Source of the DNA: an uncultured Gemmatimonadaceae bacterium
GTDB taxonomy: Bacteria > Gemmatimonadota > Gemmatimonadetes > Gemmatimonadales > Gemmatimonadaceae
Direction: 5' to 3'
Length of the DNA: 64,000 nt
Assembly (NCBI GenBank): GCA_963790305.1
Contig: CAWBOC010000001.1
Coordinates: 1-64,000 of the forward strand
The notes under the pieces are model-generated. The model was not told the DNA's origin. It searched no databases and saw only the letters and a program-made list of their open reading frames with translations. Positions 9,083 through 19,615 of the stretch are shown piece after piece. The stretch's first letter is position 1; every line of letters starts with the position of its first letter. The position numbers and the translations under genes were made by a program.

Positions 9083-12000
9083 ATGAACGTAAATGTCTGC
9101 AGACGCTCCATCCTGACCACCGTCGCCATGGTGGTCGCGCTCGCCGCGCCAGGTCGCGTGATGGCGCAAGGCAGTGCGACGATCGCCGGCACGGTCACCG
9201 ACTCCGCAACGGCGCAGCCAGTTCCCGGCGTGCAGGTCACGATCGTCGGGACGGCGCGAGGCACGCTGACGGACGATGGCGGGCGCTACTCTCTACGTAG
9301 CGTGCCACCCGGCACCGTGGCGGTTCGCGTTCAGCGTCTTGGATATGCCCCGACCGAACGCAGTGTGGTCGTCGGCGCCAACCAGACGGCTGACGTGGAC
9401 TTCGTGCTCACGCCCGTCGCGCGCGTCCTGAGCGAGATCGTGGCCACTGGCTACGGAACGAGCATTCGGCGCGAGCTCAGCAGCTCGGTATCATCGGTCA
9501 CCGGCGAGGAGATCCAGAATTCTGTCGTTGCCGGTGTCGATGCCGCGCTCCAGGGCAAGGCGCCGGGAGTCCAGGTGATCCAGAACGCCGGCAATCCCGG
9601 CGTGGGCATCACCGTTCGCGTCCGCGGCGCCGCCTCGGTCTCCGCCAGCAATCAGCCGCTCTGGGTCATCGACGGCGTGCCAATGCTGCGCGAGGATTTT
9701 GGGCAGATGGCGCTCGGCGGTCAGGACATTACCGCCGTCACCGGCATCAGCCCGGACGAGATCGAGTCGATCGACATCCTGAAGGATGCCGCGTCGGCGG
9801 CGATCTACGGATCGCGTGCGGCCAACGGCGTGATCATGATCCGCACCAAGCGTGGTCGTGCCGGAGCTCCCAAGTTCTCGTTCAACGCGTATACCGGCGT
9901 TCAGGAGACGGCGAAGAAGCTCGACCTGCTGAATTCCCGGGAGTTCGTGGAATACGCGAACGAGGCGTTCACGAATGACGGGTACGCTGAAGTGTTCGAG
10001 GCGGGCGTCGATGACGCGGTCAGCACCGACTGGCAGCAGGCAGTCCTGCGCAGCGCGCCGGTAAGCGACATCTTCCTCTCCGTCGACGGCGGCAACGAGC
10101 GCGTGCGCTACCTGGTCGGCGGATCGTACTTCGATCAGAAGGGCATCGTCCTCGGCTCCGGCTACGATCGTCAGACGATTCGTGCCAACCTGGACTTTGA
10201 TCCGACGTCCCGTCTCTCGTTCCGCTCGTCGCTGGCGCTTTCGCGTGAGCTGCACGAGCGCATTGAGAACGACAATACCATCGAGGGCGTGTACGCCAAC
10301 GCGATCGCGAACCTCCCGATGTTCCCGGTGCGTCGCGACGATGGCAGCTTTACCGATCCGACCGACGTGGTGGGCGTCGACGATGATGTCCCGCTGACCT
10401 ACATCAATCCGGTCGCCGTCGGCGAGCTCAGCTTCAACGAATCCCGCACGCTCCGCACGTACGGCACCATCGAAGGCTCGTATCGCATCAGCGATCGCCT
10501 TCGCCTGAATGCCCGCGGCGGCTACGACGTCCTCAACCTCCGCGACCTCGCCTGGGAGTCGCCGAACGTCATTGGGTCCGCAGGCGAAAGCGCGCGCGGC
10601 CGCTCGACGCAGGCGAACAACACTGCGACGCGGTACATGGTCGAGAGCTATCTCGGCTACGACTACGGTGGCAGCTTCGCGCAGGTCAACTTCACGGCCG
10701 GCTCATCCGTCGAGTGGAACACGGAGGAGAACGACTTCCTCCGCGGTGAGGGCTTTGCGCACACGGCGTTTCAGTATCCTGGCAACGCCGCCAATGTCAC
10801 GCTGTACGACGGCGACCGTACCGGCCACAACCTGGTGTCGTTCTTCGGCCGGGCGAACGCGACGATCGCGGATCGCTACCTGATCTCGGGGAGCATTCGC
10901 GCCGATGGCTCGTCGCGCTTCGGTAAGGAGAATCGGTACGGGTACTTCCCCGCCGTTTCGCTTGGCTGGATCCTGAGCGACGAGCCGGCGTTCGCAGGGC
11001 TGCAGCGTCTGGCCGACGTAAAGCTTCGCGTCAGCTATGGTGAGACGGGCAATCAGGACATCGGCGACGACTTCGCGCCACTCGCGAAATACGAGGAGGC
11101 AAAGTACTCCGGGGCCCCGGGCATCGCGCCGGAGAACGTCGCCAATGCCGAGCTCAAGTGGGAGACGAACCGGGAGTATGACGTCGGAGTCGACCTCGGG
11201 CTCTTCGGTGGACGCGTCAATCTCGTCGCCGACTGGTATCTGAAGGAGACGGATGACCTGCTCATTCAGCGTCCGGTCACCCGCACGACTGGGTTCAATG
11301 ATGTCTGGGACAACATCGGCAAGATCGAGAACAAGGGTTGGGAAGTCGGCATTAACACCGTCAATCTGCAGCCGTCGGCCCGCGATGGATTCCGCTGGGA
11401 GACGAACTTCAACATCTCCTGGAACAAGAACAAGGTCACGGAGCTGTACAACAACGAGCCGTTCCCGGCCGGGTTCGACGGCATCAACCGGTACGAGGAA
11501 GGCCTGCCGATGGGCGCGTTCTACACAGTGCTCTTCACCGGCGTGGATCCCGACAACGGCAACGCGTTGTTCTTCGACCTCGACGGAGATGGAGAGACCG
11601 GCGAAGACCCCGACGATCGCATGATGGTCGGCAGCCCGCACCCGGATTACTGGGGCGGCCTGACGAACACCGTCTCGTTCAAGGGCCTCGATCTTCGCGC
11701 CTTCGTGCAGTTCAGCCAGGGCGGCGAGATCTACAACGCGCTTCGCGCCTACGCGGATGATGGCATGTGGAGCCTCGGCGACAACAAGCTCCGTCACGTG
11801 CTGAACCGCTGGCAGCAACCAGGCGACATCACCGACGTCCCGCGCGCGAGCTGGGATGGCGTCTCGCTGGCCTACATTCCGTCGAGCCGCTGGATCGAGG
11901 ACGCATCGTACATCCGGCTTCAGGAGATCACGTTAGGCTACCGGCTCCCGGCGAGGTTCGCGGGAATGGCCAACATGACGGACGCGCGCATCTTCGTGTC

Positions 12001-12151
12001 CGGCCGGAACCTCAAGACGTGGACGGACTACATGGGGTTCAACCCTGAGGCGAACAGCGCCGGATCGGGCTCGCTGACCACCATGGCGAACGAGTTTTAC
12101 TCGTATCCGCTTGCACGCACCATTACGTTCGGCGTGCAGGGCTCGTTCTGA
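9083..12151 (+). CDS. susC: SusC/RagA family TonB-dependent outer-membrane receptor
   Basis: IESIDILKDAASAAIYGSRAANGVIMIRTK, LKWET, WIEDASYIRLQEITLGY, C-terminal F; SD GGAGG. Confidence 0.95.
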   Translation: MNVNVCRRSILTTVAMVVALAAPGRVMAQGSATIAGTVTDSATAQPVPGVQVTIVGTARGTLTDDGGRYSLRSVPPGTVAVRVQRLGYAPTERSVVVGANQTADVDFVLTPVARVLSEIVATGYGTSIRRELSSSVSSVTGEEIQNSVVAGVDAALQGKAPGVQVIQNAGNPGVGITVRVRGAASVSASNQPLWVIDGVPMLREDFGQMALGGQDITAVTGISPDEIESIDILKDAASAAIYGSRAANGVIMIRTKRGRAGAPKFSFNAYTGVQETAKKLDLLNSREFVEYANEAFTNDGYAEVFEAGVDDAVSTDWQQAVLRSAPVSDIFLSVDGGNERVRYLVGGSYFDQKGIVLGSGYDRQTIRANLDFDPTSRLSFRSSLALSRELHERIENDNTIEGVYANAIANLPMFPVRRDDGSFTDPTDVVGVDDDVPLTYINPVAVGELSFNESRTLRTYGTIEGSYRISDRLRLNARGGYDVLNLRDLAWESPNVIGSAGESARGRSTQANNTATRYMVESYLGYDYGGSFAQVNFTAGSSVEWNTEENDFLRGEGFAHTAFQYPGNAANVTLYDGDRTGHNLVSFFGRANATIADRYLISGSIRADGSSRFGKENRYGYFPAVSLGWILSDEPAFAGLQRLADVKLRVSYGETGNQDIGDDFAPLAKYEEAKYSGAPGIAPENVANAELKWETNREYDVGVDLGLFGGRVNLVADWYLKETDDLLIQRPVTRTTGFNDVWDNIGKIENKGWEVGINTVNLQPSARDGFRWETNFNISWNKNKVTELYNNEPFPAGFDGINRYEEGLPMGAFYTVLFTGVDPDNGNALFFDLDGDGETGEDPDDRMMVGSPHPDYWGGLTNTVSFKGLDLRAFVQFSQGGEIYNALRAYADDGMWSLGDNKLRHVLNRWQQPGDITDVPRASWDGVSLAYIPSSRWIEDASYIRLQEITLGYRLPARFAGMANMTDARIFVSGRNLKTWTDYMGFNPEANSAGSGSLTTMANEFYSYPLARTITFGVQGSF

Positions 12152-12205
12152 GCACGCATGCACTCGAGACTTCATCAACTTCCTCTTCAAGAGACGAGAC
12201 GATAC

Positions 12206-13594
12206 ATGCGAATCAGACGGACTTTGCCGGCACTCCTCATGGCCTTCGCGCTGGCGTGTGACAACACGCTGACGGTCGAGCCGGTGAACGAGGTGGCGGC
12301 CGACGCGGCGATCATCGACGCCGCCACGGCGCGCGCGGCGATGGCGGGCGCGTACGACGCGCTGCAGGATGACGCCAACTGGACGTACTACAGCGGGGAT
12401 TTCAACGTATTCTCCGACCTGTCGTCGGAGGACGTTCGCCACAGCGGAACGTTCGACACGTATCGGTCGGCGGATCGGAATACGCTCTCGTCGGCCAACG
12501 GAACCGTCCTGGACATCTGGGAGCAACTCTACGCAACCATCAACCGCGTCAACGTCATCATCGAGAAGCTTCCAGGCGTCCCCGGACTGGACGAGGCCGA
12601 GCGCGACGACCTCCTCGGTCAGGCCTACTTCATTCGGGCGTTGACCTACCACAACCTCGTCAAGCTTTGGGGCGGCGTACCGCTTCGCCTAACCACGCCC
12701 GCGAGCCTCAGCGAGGCGGCGAGCATCGCCCGCGCCACCGAGGACGAGACGTACGCGCAGATCCTCGAGGACCTGGATCAGGCGATCGCGCTCATTCAGA
12801 CCGACGACGATCCGGGGGTGGGCACCATCGGTGCCGCCTGGGCGCTTCGGAGCCGCGTGCTCCTGTTCATGGAAGACTGGGCGGGGGTAGTCGAGGCGGC
12901 CGACGAGGTCGAGGGGCTCGGATATGAGTTGGCGACAGAGTACGAGGATCTCTTCTCCGTCGAGGGCGGAACGAACGAAGACATCTTCAAGCTCACGTAC
13001 GAGCCCGCCGAGCCACATGGCCTCGGCTGGTATTATCGCGCGAAGGGTGGATTCGGCGGACGGTACGAGTTGGCGCCGACCTGCGTGCTGGCCAATGCAT
13101 TCAATGCGAGCGTGAACTGCGCGAATACGAATTTCATGGCCGGATGGTCGCCGGGCGACGCGCGCGCCGATTTCAGCATCAAGGTGACCGGAAGTCTGGA
13201 GCCATTCGCCAACAAGTACATCACAGGCAATGGCGATGATGATCTGCACGTCATTCGCTTCGCCGAGGTCATCCTGAACCGTGCCGAGGCGTACGCACGC
13301 CTTGGGCAGCTTCAGGCGGCGGTCGATGATCTGAACATGACTCGAGTTCGCGCTGGACTGCCGGCGCTGACGCTTGCCGGCATTGGGGGCACCATGCAGT
13401 CGGTTCTCGATGCGGTTTGGCAGGAACGCCGTCTCGAGTTGGCGTTCGAGGGTTTCCGGTGGCCGGATCTCGTCAGAACGGGTCGCGCGATTGCGGCTGT
13501 CGGACTGGCAGGTAAGGAACACCAGGTACTGTACCCGATTCCGCAGGAAGAGCGCGACGTCGCTCCGAATATCACGCAGAATCCCGGCTACTGA
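12206..13594 (+). CDS. susD: SusD/RagB family lipoprotein
   Basis: Lipobox ALAC; GQAYFIRALTYHNLVKLWGGVPL, IRFAEVILNRAEA, ERRLELAFEGFRWPDL, YPIP, QNPGY. Confidence 0.95.
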   Translation: MRIRRTLPALLMAFALACDNTLTVEPVNEVAADAAIIDAATARAAMAGAYDALQDDANWTYYSGDFNVFSDLSSEDVRHSGTFDTYRSADRNTLSSANGTVLDIWEQLYATINRVNVIIEKLPGVPGLDEAERDDLLGQAYFIRALTYHNLVKLWGGVPLRLTTPASLSEAASIARATEDETYAQILEDLDQAIALIQTDDDPGVGTIGAAWALRSRVLLFMEDWAGVVEAADEVEGLGYELATEYEDLFSVEGGTNEDIFKLTYEPAEPHGLGWYYRAKGGFGGRYELAPTCVLANAFNASVNCANTNFMAGWSPGDARADFSIKVTGSLEPFANKYITGNGDDDLHVIRFAEVILNRAEAYARLGQLQAAVDDLNMTRVRAGLPALTLAGIGGTMQSVLDAVWQERRLELAFEGFRWPDLVRTGRAIAAVGLAGKEHQVLYPIPQEERDVAPNITQNPGY

Positions 13595-13615
13595 TTCCAG
13601 TAGCCACGTAGTCGG

Positions 13616-13649
13616 AAACCCCGCCTGGCCAAAGCCAGGCGGGGTTTTT
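13616..13649 (+). terminator. Intrinsic terminator of susCD
   Basis: AAACCCCGCCTGGC-CAAA-GCCAGGCGGGGTTTTT. Confidence 0.9.
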
Positions 13650-13867
13650 CGTTTCGGAGCAGATGTACGTGCGCATCGCCTGTGGCAGGCCCGAAACGAA
13701 TGTTGCCGCGGCGAGGCCACACTGTGGCGATTCAGCCAGCTGCAGCGTAATTCCCACTCGCGCAACTCGCTCGCAACTCGACAGTTCGCGGTGCCGGCAT
13801 GAAGATGTAAGCAGGGTCTCGCTCTTGCGGCCAGGGCTCGGCGCGAAACGCACCCGGAGCGCTGACA

Positions 13868-15692
13868 ATGCCAGAAACCACCCCCTCGATCCGACCCACC
13901 GAAGCGTATTCCCCAATCTCCGCATCAACCGGCGCTGGGGAGGCCGTGCGCGACGGTCGCACCCCCGCGGCGGCCGGAGCCGCTCTGCCAGGCGAGGCCT
14001 CGCACCTTCTCCTGGAGGGTCAGCAGCTCTTGCAGGAATCCCGCGTCGCAGAGGCGGAGCCGTTGCTCATCCGGGCGCTGGAGCTTTACGAGCGGGAGAA
14101 CGAGGTTCCGGCGGAGTGCGTTCAAGTGCTCAGCGACCTCGCGTCGATGGAGATAACGCGCGGTGACCTGACCGCCGCTGAATCGCTGTTGCAGCGCGCG
14201 CTCGTGCTCGCGAACGCCCGGCTCGGCGGAGAGCATCCTCACGTCGCCGCCATGCTGGGCGGCCTCGCGCGACTATACCTGCGCCGCAGCGAGTTCATGA
14301 AGGCGGAGCCGCTGCTTCAGCGGCTCCTGGAGATCAAGCGCGCCCGTGGCGATGATCACCCGGAAGTAGCGACTGTGCTCGCCAGTCTCGCGACGGTCCA
14401 TGCCGCAATGGGCGCTCACGCCTCCTCCGAGCGAATCCTGCGACGGGTGCTCGAGATTCGCGAGAAGGCGCTCGCGCCAAACCACTTCGCGACGGTGACG
14501 ACGCTCGAGCACCTCGCCGAAGCGTGCGTCGCACGCGGTAAGCTCGACGAAGCGCTCACGCTGCTGCATCGCGCGCTCGCCATGCGCGAACGTACGCTCG
14601 GCAATTCGCATCCGAGCATTGTGGCCGCGCGGACACGCATCGCCGACCTGGAGCTCCTGTCGTCAAACGAAGACCTCGGATCGGTGCCGACATCGGTCGC
14701 GATGATGGGCAGCTTGCCCACATTCGATGCAATAGCGAGCGAGCCGGTCGTGCGCGAGCCGCCCCGGCCACAACAGGCCGTCGAGGTGGTCGCGTCGGTT
14801 CCGCGGGAAGTGCGCGCCAACCTCGAGGACGAGTGGCCTGATGACGTCGAGGAGATGCGTCCTCGGCATTGGCTTGTGGATCAACTCAGGGCCAAGGCAG
14901 GACTGGTCACTGCCTACGCACGCACTCCGCGTGGGCGCCTCACGGTTCTCGCGGTCGGCGTAATATCATTGCTCGCGGCACTCGTGCTTGGGGTTCGCAC
15001 GCGCACCAATGCTTCCGTCACCCGCGCTGACGCCTCCACCCTGTCGCTCCCGAGCGGCGCATCCGCGGCCCCGCGGCCCGATGCGAGCGTCAGGCGCGCT
15101 TCCGCATCCACCGCGCCGCAAACGCCCGGTCGCCTCACCACGTCGGCAGAGGTGACCCGGCGATCGACGAGTCCGCAAAGCGCCGCGCGCGCCGAGACAC
15201 GTGAGGGGGAGGTCACTGAGCGCTCCGACCCGATCACGTTGCCTAACAAGCCCAGGGTGAGGGCCTTCGACGTGCCGATCGACCGGTCGCCCAACGCTCC
15301 AACCCGCGCCCCGGTCGTCACCGCGACGGACTTCACCCGATCGCCGGCCCCGGCCCCGCTCCGCGAGCAATCACCGCTGAGCAGCGTAGGCGGTCGGTCG
15401 CGCGAGCCCACCGTTCACGCGGTCCTGACGGCGGATAACCCGGCACCCGTCTACCCTCCGGCGCTGCTCGGACGACGCATCGACGGGCGCGTCGTGGCCG
15501 AGTTCATCGTCGACGTGCGAGGCCGCGTCGATACTCGCACGCTACGGATCATTCTCGTCGACGGATGAACGCTTCACCGACGCCGTGCGCGATGTGCTTC
15601 CGGCTCTTCGTTTCACCCCCGCCGAAACCGACGGAGTAAGAACGGAGGAGCGAGTGGAGATGCCGTTCCGGTTCTCGGCGAAGCCGGAATAG
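13868..15692 (+). pseudogene. TPR-repeat + TM + TonB C-terminal domain protein with a frameshift near 15554 (real lesion or sequencing error)
   Basis: Kinesin-light-chain-type TPRs; PVYP...GRVVAEFIVDVRGRVD continues in another frame as SSTDERFTDAVRDVLPALRFTPAETDGVRTEERVEMPFRFSAKPE, stop at 15692. Confidence 0.8.
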
Positions 15693-15717
15693 CATCACCG
15701 CTGGAGGGACGAGAAAA

Positions 15718-15752
15718 GAAAACACCGCAGCGGAGGTCGCTGCGGTGTTTTC
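15718..15752. terminator. Bidirectional terminator between the TonB-like gene and tRNA-Pro
   Basis: GAAAACACCGCAGCG-GAGGT-CGCTGCGGTGTTTTC. Confidence 0.85.
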
Positions 15753-15761
15753 TTGCTTGCA

Positions 15762-15835
15762 TCGGGACGGCGGGATTTGAACCCGCGACCCCCTGAACCC
15801 CATTCAGGTGCGCTACCGGGCTGCGCCACGTCCCG
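15762..15835 (-). tRNA. tRNA-Pro(GGG)
   Basis: Cloverleaf, anticodon arm CCTGA-ATGGGGT-TCAGG; promoter TTGAAG-17-TAGATT at 15864-15892. Confidence 0.95.
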
Positions 15836-15923
15836 TCCGACCGGTCGCCCGGCGGAGTCCTGCAATCTACGCCGGCTTCACGTCCACTTCAACCGACGCG
15901 GGAATCAGAGCTGACAAGACTGC

Positions 15924-15983
15924 CTCACTCCTCACTCCTCACTCCTCACTCTTCACTCTTCACTTCACTCCCACTCCTCACTC
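15924..15983. repeat. One-armed 7-nt tandem array (CCTCACT)n
   Basis: CCTCACTCCTCACTCCTCACTCCTCACTCTTCACTCTTCACTTCACTCCCACTCCTCACT. Confidence 0.85.
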
Positions 15984-15988
15984 GTTCC

Positions 15989-16813
15989 TCACCCAAGCAT
16001 GCCTAACCACTCCACTGCGCCCACCACTTTCCCGACGAAGAACTCTCCAAACTCCGCGTAGACGGCGCTGGCGTGGTCGAACCGCATGTCGGTGACGAGC
16101 CGCTTGAACTCGAGCGGCTCACGCGCGAAGAGCGTCACGCCCCACTCCCACGCGTCGAATCCGGTCGATCCGGTGATGATCTGCTGCACGCGGCCCGCGT
16201 ACCTGCGACCGACCTGCCCATGCTGATGCATGAGCTCACTCCGCTCGGACAGCGAGAGCATGTACCAGTTCGCGTTGGGCTGGCGCTTCTTCGACATGGG
16301 ATAGAAGCACACGTACGGCATGTCGCTCGGGAGCGGCGGGTAGAGCCGTCGCTGCACGTGGTCGCTCGCCCGCTCACGCTCCACCCGCTCCCCGAGGCGC
16401 GCACGATACGTCTCGTCGCCAATGCTGCCGCCCCGCGCCTCGGCCTCGCGAACGAGCTCGGCGGTGATGTGATAGAGGCCAGCCTCGGTGACCCCGAGAT
16501 GCGACGATGTGACCCGCAACGACTCCATCAGCCGCAGTTGGGACAGCCGATGCTGCGCGTCGCGCAGCGAGTCGAGCGTCGGCCGGAAGTGCACGAGCAT
16601 GAGATCCGACCGTGATCCAATGAGCAGGACGGGAACGCTCCATCCACCCTCGATGGGATCCGCAAGCTCCGAGAGCGCGTGCGCGACGGAGTCTCGGTCC
16701 TGCGACAGCACGTCGGGCGGAAGCGCGCGGACGGCCGCGCGGTCGACCTGGAAGATCTGATGGAGCGAGTACCAGCCCTCGAGCGTCTCGGGGGGATGCG
16801 CGACGTCGGACAT
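15989..16813 (-). CDS. hemQ: Coproheme decarboxylase (HemQ/ChdC, chlorite dismutase superfamily)
   Basis: PETLEGWYSLH, FYPMSKKR, NWY..ERSELMHQHGQVGRRY, WEWGVTLFA, MRFD..SAVYAEFGEFFVG. Confidence 0.85.
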   Translation of the reverse strand: MSDVAHPPETLEGWYSLHQIFQVDRAAVRALPPDVLSQDRDSVAHALSELADPIEGGWSVPVLLIGSRSDLMLVHFRPTLDSLRDAQHRLSQLRLMESLRVTSSHLGVTEAGLYHITAELVREAEARGGSIGDETYRARLGERVERERASDHVQRRLYPPLPSDMPYVCFYPMSKKRQPNANWYMLSLSERSELMHQHGQVGRRYAGRVQQIITGSTGFDAWEWGVTLFAREPLEFKRLVTDMRFDHASAVYAEFGEFFVGKVVGAVEWLGMLG

Positions 16814-16876
16814 GAGAGGGATGATGGCGTGCCGGGTGATGTTACGGCAGGCCCCAGCGTACGAGGACAGACTGCA

Positions 16877-16970
16877 ATAACCACAGAGGCACAGAGGGCA
16901 CAGAGGAAACCCCGCATTGCGGCGCCGCAATGCGGGGTTTCCTCTGTGCCCTCTGTGCCTCTGTGGTTAT
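16877..16970. repeat. Perfect 94-bp palindrome containing CACAGAGG(G) 8/9-nt units
   Basis: 47-bp arm ATAACCACAGAGGCACAGAGGGCACAGAGGAAACCCCGCATTGCGGC followed directly by its reverse complement. Confidence 0.95.
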
Positions 16971-16995
16971 GCAGTTTGGCCCTGGCGATCCGGCA

Positions 16996-18519
16996 TTACC
17001 CCCATTCTCTCGAACAAACCCCCGTCGCCGTATCCGGAGCCGGCCCCACAATCCCGGCCTCCCCAATCGCCGCCCGCGCCCGCGAGCGCCCCGCGTTCCA
17101 CTCGTACCACGTGTCATCCATGACCGACGTGAACCGCTCGCCGATCGCGGTCCGCGCCCTGTCGCGCTGCCCTCCCCCCTCGCGATCCGCTGCCTGCAGC
17201 ACCTCGGGAACAGCGCGGGCCGACAGCTCGCAGGCGAGGTATCGCAGGTCGAGCTTCCCCGTCTCCGCGTGGCGCGCGACGTTCTGTCGCACGATCCAGG
17301 ATTCGTGGTTCCACATCGACACCCCTGCCATCCCCATCACCGCAAACGCTCCCGCGCGCCCCAGCAAGCGGCGGGCGCTGGGACGACGCAGCAGCTCGTG
17401 CGCGAGGAGAATCAGGCTCGCTGCGACGACGATCATGTACGCCTGCGCGTAGAGCCGCGTCGTCGTGAACCCGTACGCATCCTCGTACAGCAGCACACGC
17501 CGAAACGCGGAGTGGAGGAGCACCTGCGTCTCGCCAAGCACGATCAGCTCGACGATGAGGATCCGACGGCGGCGCGCGGCCGCTGGCGCAAGGAGCGCCA
17601 GTCCCATGATCACACCGCCGCACAGCGTGGCCACGACGGTCAGCTCGCCGAATCCTCGGCGCGCCCATTCCGCGTACGACACCCCACTCCCCTGCACTCG
17701 CGCGATGTCCCCAAACAGGTAGCTCACCTGCAGCGTCAGGAAGAGCGTGAAGACGCCCGCGATCGCGGTCAGCACCATTAGCCGTTCCGTCTCACCGAGC
17801 TGAACCAATTGCCGCGGTTCCGCCGGCGTCCGGGGGACGCTCGCCGGTGGCCTCAATGCGTACCCGACCGCGCCCATCGTTAGGGCGAGTATGATGCCGA
17901 AGAATACCAGGCGAGGCACAAAGTGCCACGTCGACAAGAGGCGGCCGAGCTCCTCGCGCCATGCGGCCAACGTCGGATCCACCGACGACAGCAGCAGCGC
18001 GAACAGGCCCGCAATCGGAAGCGTGAGCACCGCTCCGCGGATGAACGGCACGGCGCGGTCGTTCGTCACCTCGCGCACCGTATCCGTCGCGCGGCGCGTT
18101 GCTTCGGCCACGCACGTCACGAGCACCACCAGCGGAAGCGCAACGAGCTCGAGCGCTCGCGCATGCGCGTGGCGTTCGGGGTTGGCTCGCGCGATCGAGA
18201 TCGCGAGCAGAATGAGCACCGCCAGAATCGACATGACCTGCAGCACCTCGCTTCCCGCGAGGGTGATCCCGACCGCCGTCAACACCGCGAGAGCCAGCGG
18301 AGGTGCAACGTGACTTGCCGTACCCCGGGTGAATGCCGATGCGAGCAGCGCGATGCTCGCCGCCAGGACGCAGATCAGCCAGTTGATTCCGGGATACGCC
18401 TCCCAGACCATTCCAGCGCTCAATCCGGCGACCAGGGCCGAGCTGACCCACAGCCGGCCGAGCAGCGCCCGGTGCGTCAATGAGGACATCTCAGCGTGCG
18501 TGAACGAAGCGGTAGTCAT
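16996..18519 (-). CDS. DUF4153-family polytopic membrane protein
   Basis: FALLLSSVDP, LQVSYLFG, YAEWARRGFGEL, YEDAYGFTTTRLY, LDLRYL..LSARAVP. Confidence 0.85.
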   Translation of the reverse strand: MTTASFTHAEMSSLTHRALLGRLWVSSALVAGLSAGMVWEAYPGINWLICVLAASIALLASAFTRGTASHVAPPLALAVLTAVGITLAGSEVLQVMSILAVLILLAISIARANPERHAHARALELVALPLVVLVTCVAEATRRATDTVREVTNDRAVPFIRGAVLTLPIAGLFALLLSSVDPTLAAWREELGRLLSTWHFVPRLVFFGIILALTMGAVGYALRPPASVPRTPAEPRQLVQLGETERLMVLTAIAGVFTLFLTLQVSYLFGDIARVQGSGVSYAEWARRGFGELTVVATLCGGVIMGLALLAPAAARRRRILIVELIVLGETQVLLHSAFRRVLLYEDAYGFTTTRLYAQAYMIVVAASLILLAHELLRRPSARRLLGRAGAFAVMGMAGVSMWNHESWIVRQNVARHAETGKLDLRYLACELSARAVPEVLQAADREGGGQRDRARTAIGERFTSVMDDTWYEWNAGRSRARAAIGEAGIVGPAPDTATGVCSREWG

Positions 18520-18539
18520 GTGCAACCCTCTTCAAGAAG

Positions 18540-19199
18540 TCAGACGGCGGCAGGCAATGCGCCAAAACGTCGCTGCCGGCCGTGGAAATCGCCGAGTGCC
18601 TGTTCCAGATCCAGCGCATCGAAATCGGGCCAGCGTTTGTCGGTGAAGTGCAGCTCCGCGTACGCGCACTCCCAGAGCAGGAAGTCGCTGAGGCGGCGCT
18701 CGCCGCCGGTGCGAATCAGGAGATCGACGTCAGGACCGAGGGTTGACGCATCCCGCGCCGATCTCCTGATCGCCTCACGAGCGGAATAGTCGACCGCCAG
18801 CCGGAGGTGCAGGCGCCGGCCACCCGCTGTGAGGCGCTCGGCCGCCACGATCTGCCGAACGAGTGGCGCTGCCAAGCGGTCGCGTCGCCCAATGACGGAG
18901 AGACGCACGTCATTTTCCTGAAGGGACGCCGCTTCTGCGGCCAGATACCGGTGAAAGAGCCGCATGAGCGTCGTGACCTCGCGCGTCGGCCGTTTCCAAT
19001 TGTCGGATGAGAACGCGAACAATGTCAACGTGCCTACGTCGAGCCGCGGCGCGCCTTCCACGATGCGCCTAACGGCGTCGGCACCAGCGCGATGGCCGGC
19101 CGTGCGTGGCAGACCACGCGCGGTCGCCCACCGGCCGTTTCCATCCATAATGATCGCGACGTGCAACGGCGGGCGCGAGGGCGAAGTACTTGGTATCAT
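18540..19199 (-). CDS. uppS: cis-prenyltransferase (UppS family), short paralogue
   Basis: [58 protein letters not shown]. Confidence 0.92.
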   Translation of the reverse strand: MIPSTSPSRPPLHVAIIMDGNGRWATARGLPRTAGHRAGADAVRRIVEGAPRLDVGTLTLFAFSSDNWKRPTREVTTLMRLFHRYLAAEAASLQENDVRLSVIGRRDRLAAPLVRQIVAAERLTAGGRRLHLRLAVDYSAREAIRRSARDASTLGPDVDLLIRTGGERRLSDFLLWECAYAELHFTDKRWPDFDALDLEQALGDFHGRQRRFGALPAAV

Positions 19200-19206
19200 A
19201 AAGTAA
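19186..19206. promoter_or_regulatory. Degenerate copy of the 20246 palindrome overlapping the uppS start codon
   Basis: GTACTTGGTATCATAAAGTAA versus GTGCTTTGTATTACAAAGCAC. Confidence 0.6.
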
Positions 19207-19219
19207 GGGGACAAAAAAA

Positions 19220-19615
19220 TTAACGGTCGCGCGGCTCGCGCGTGGCCCGGATGAGCGCCTCCATGTGCGCGAGATACTTCTCGAGCACACGACGGCCGGT
19301 GGCGGTAATGCGATAATCGGTGTGGGGGACGCGCCCCTCGAACGATTTGGTGCAGGCGATGTAGCCGGCATCCTCGAGCTTGCGGGCGTGCACGCTGAGG
19401 TTCCCGTCCGTGGTACGCAACAGCTTCTTGAGGTCATTGAACGAGAGCGACTCGTTCACGGCCAGGGCACTCACGATTCCCAGGCGGATGCGCTCATGGA
19501 TCAGCCGGTCGAGGGCGAGTGGATCGGAGTCCAGGGCATGACCGCGCACGCTGCGAAGGCGCTCGGTCGCGTCGGGCTTGGGGTCTTCTCGTGAGGCTGC
19601 GCTTGGCTTAGCCAC
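19220..19615 (-). CDS. Winged-helix transcriptional regulator (ArsR/MarR-like, HTH_34 type)
   Basis: [17 protein letters not shown]...[40 protein letters not shown] start with SD GGAGG. Confidence 0.9.
   Translation of the reverse strand: MAKPSAASREDPKPDATERLRSVRGHALDSDPLALDRLIHERIRLGIVSALAVNESLSFNDLKKLLRTTDGNLSVHARKLEDAGYIACTKSFEGRVPHTDYRITATGRRVLEKYLAHMEALIRATREPRDR

Noticed and set aside
13650..13867. Possible riboswitch upstream of the TPR-TonB gene (CGCAACTCG twice, small hairpins)
   Set aside because: No match to a riboswitch consensus I can recognise
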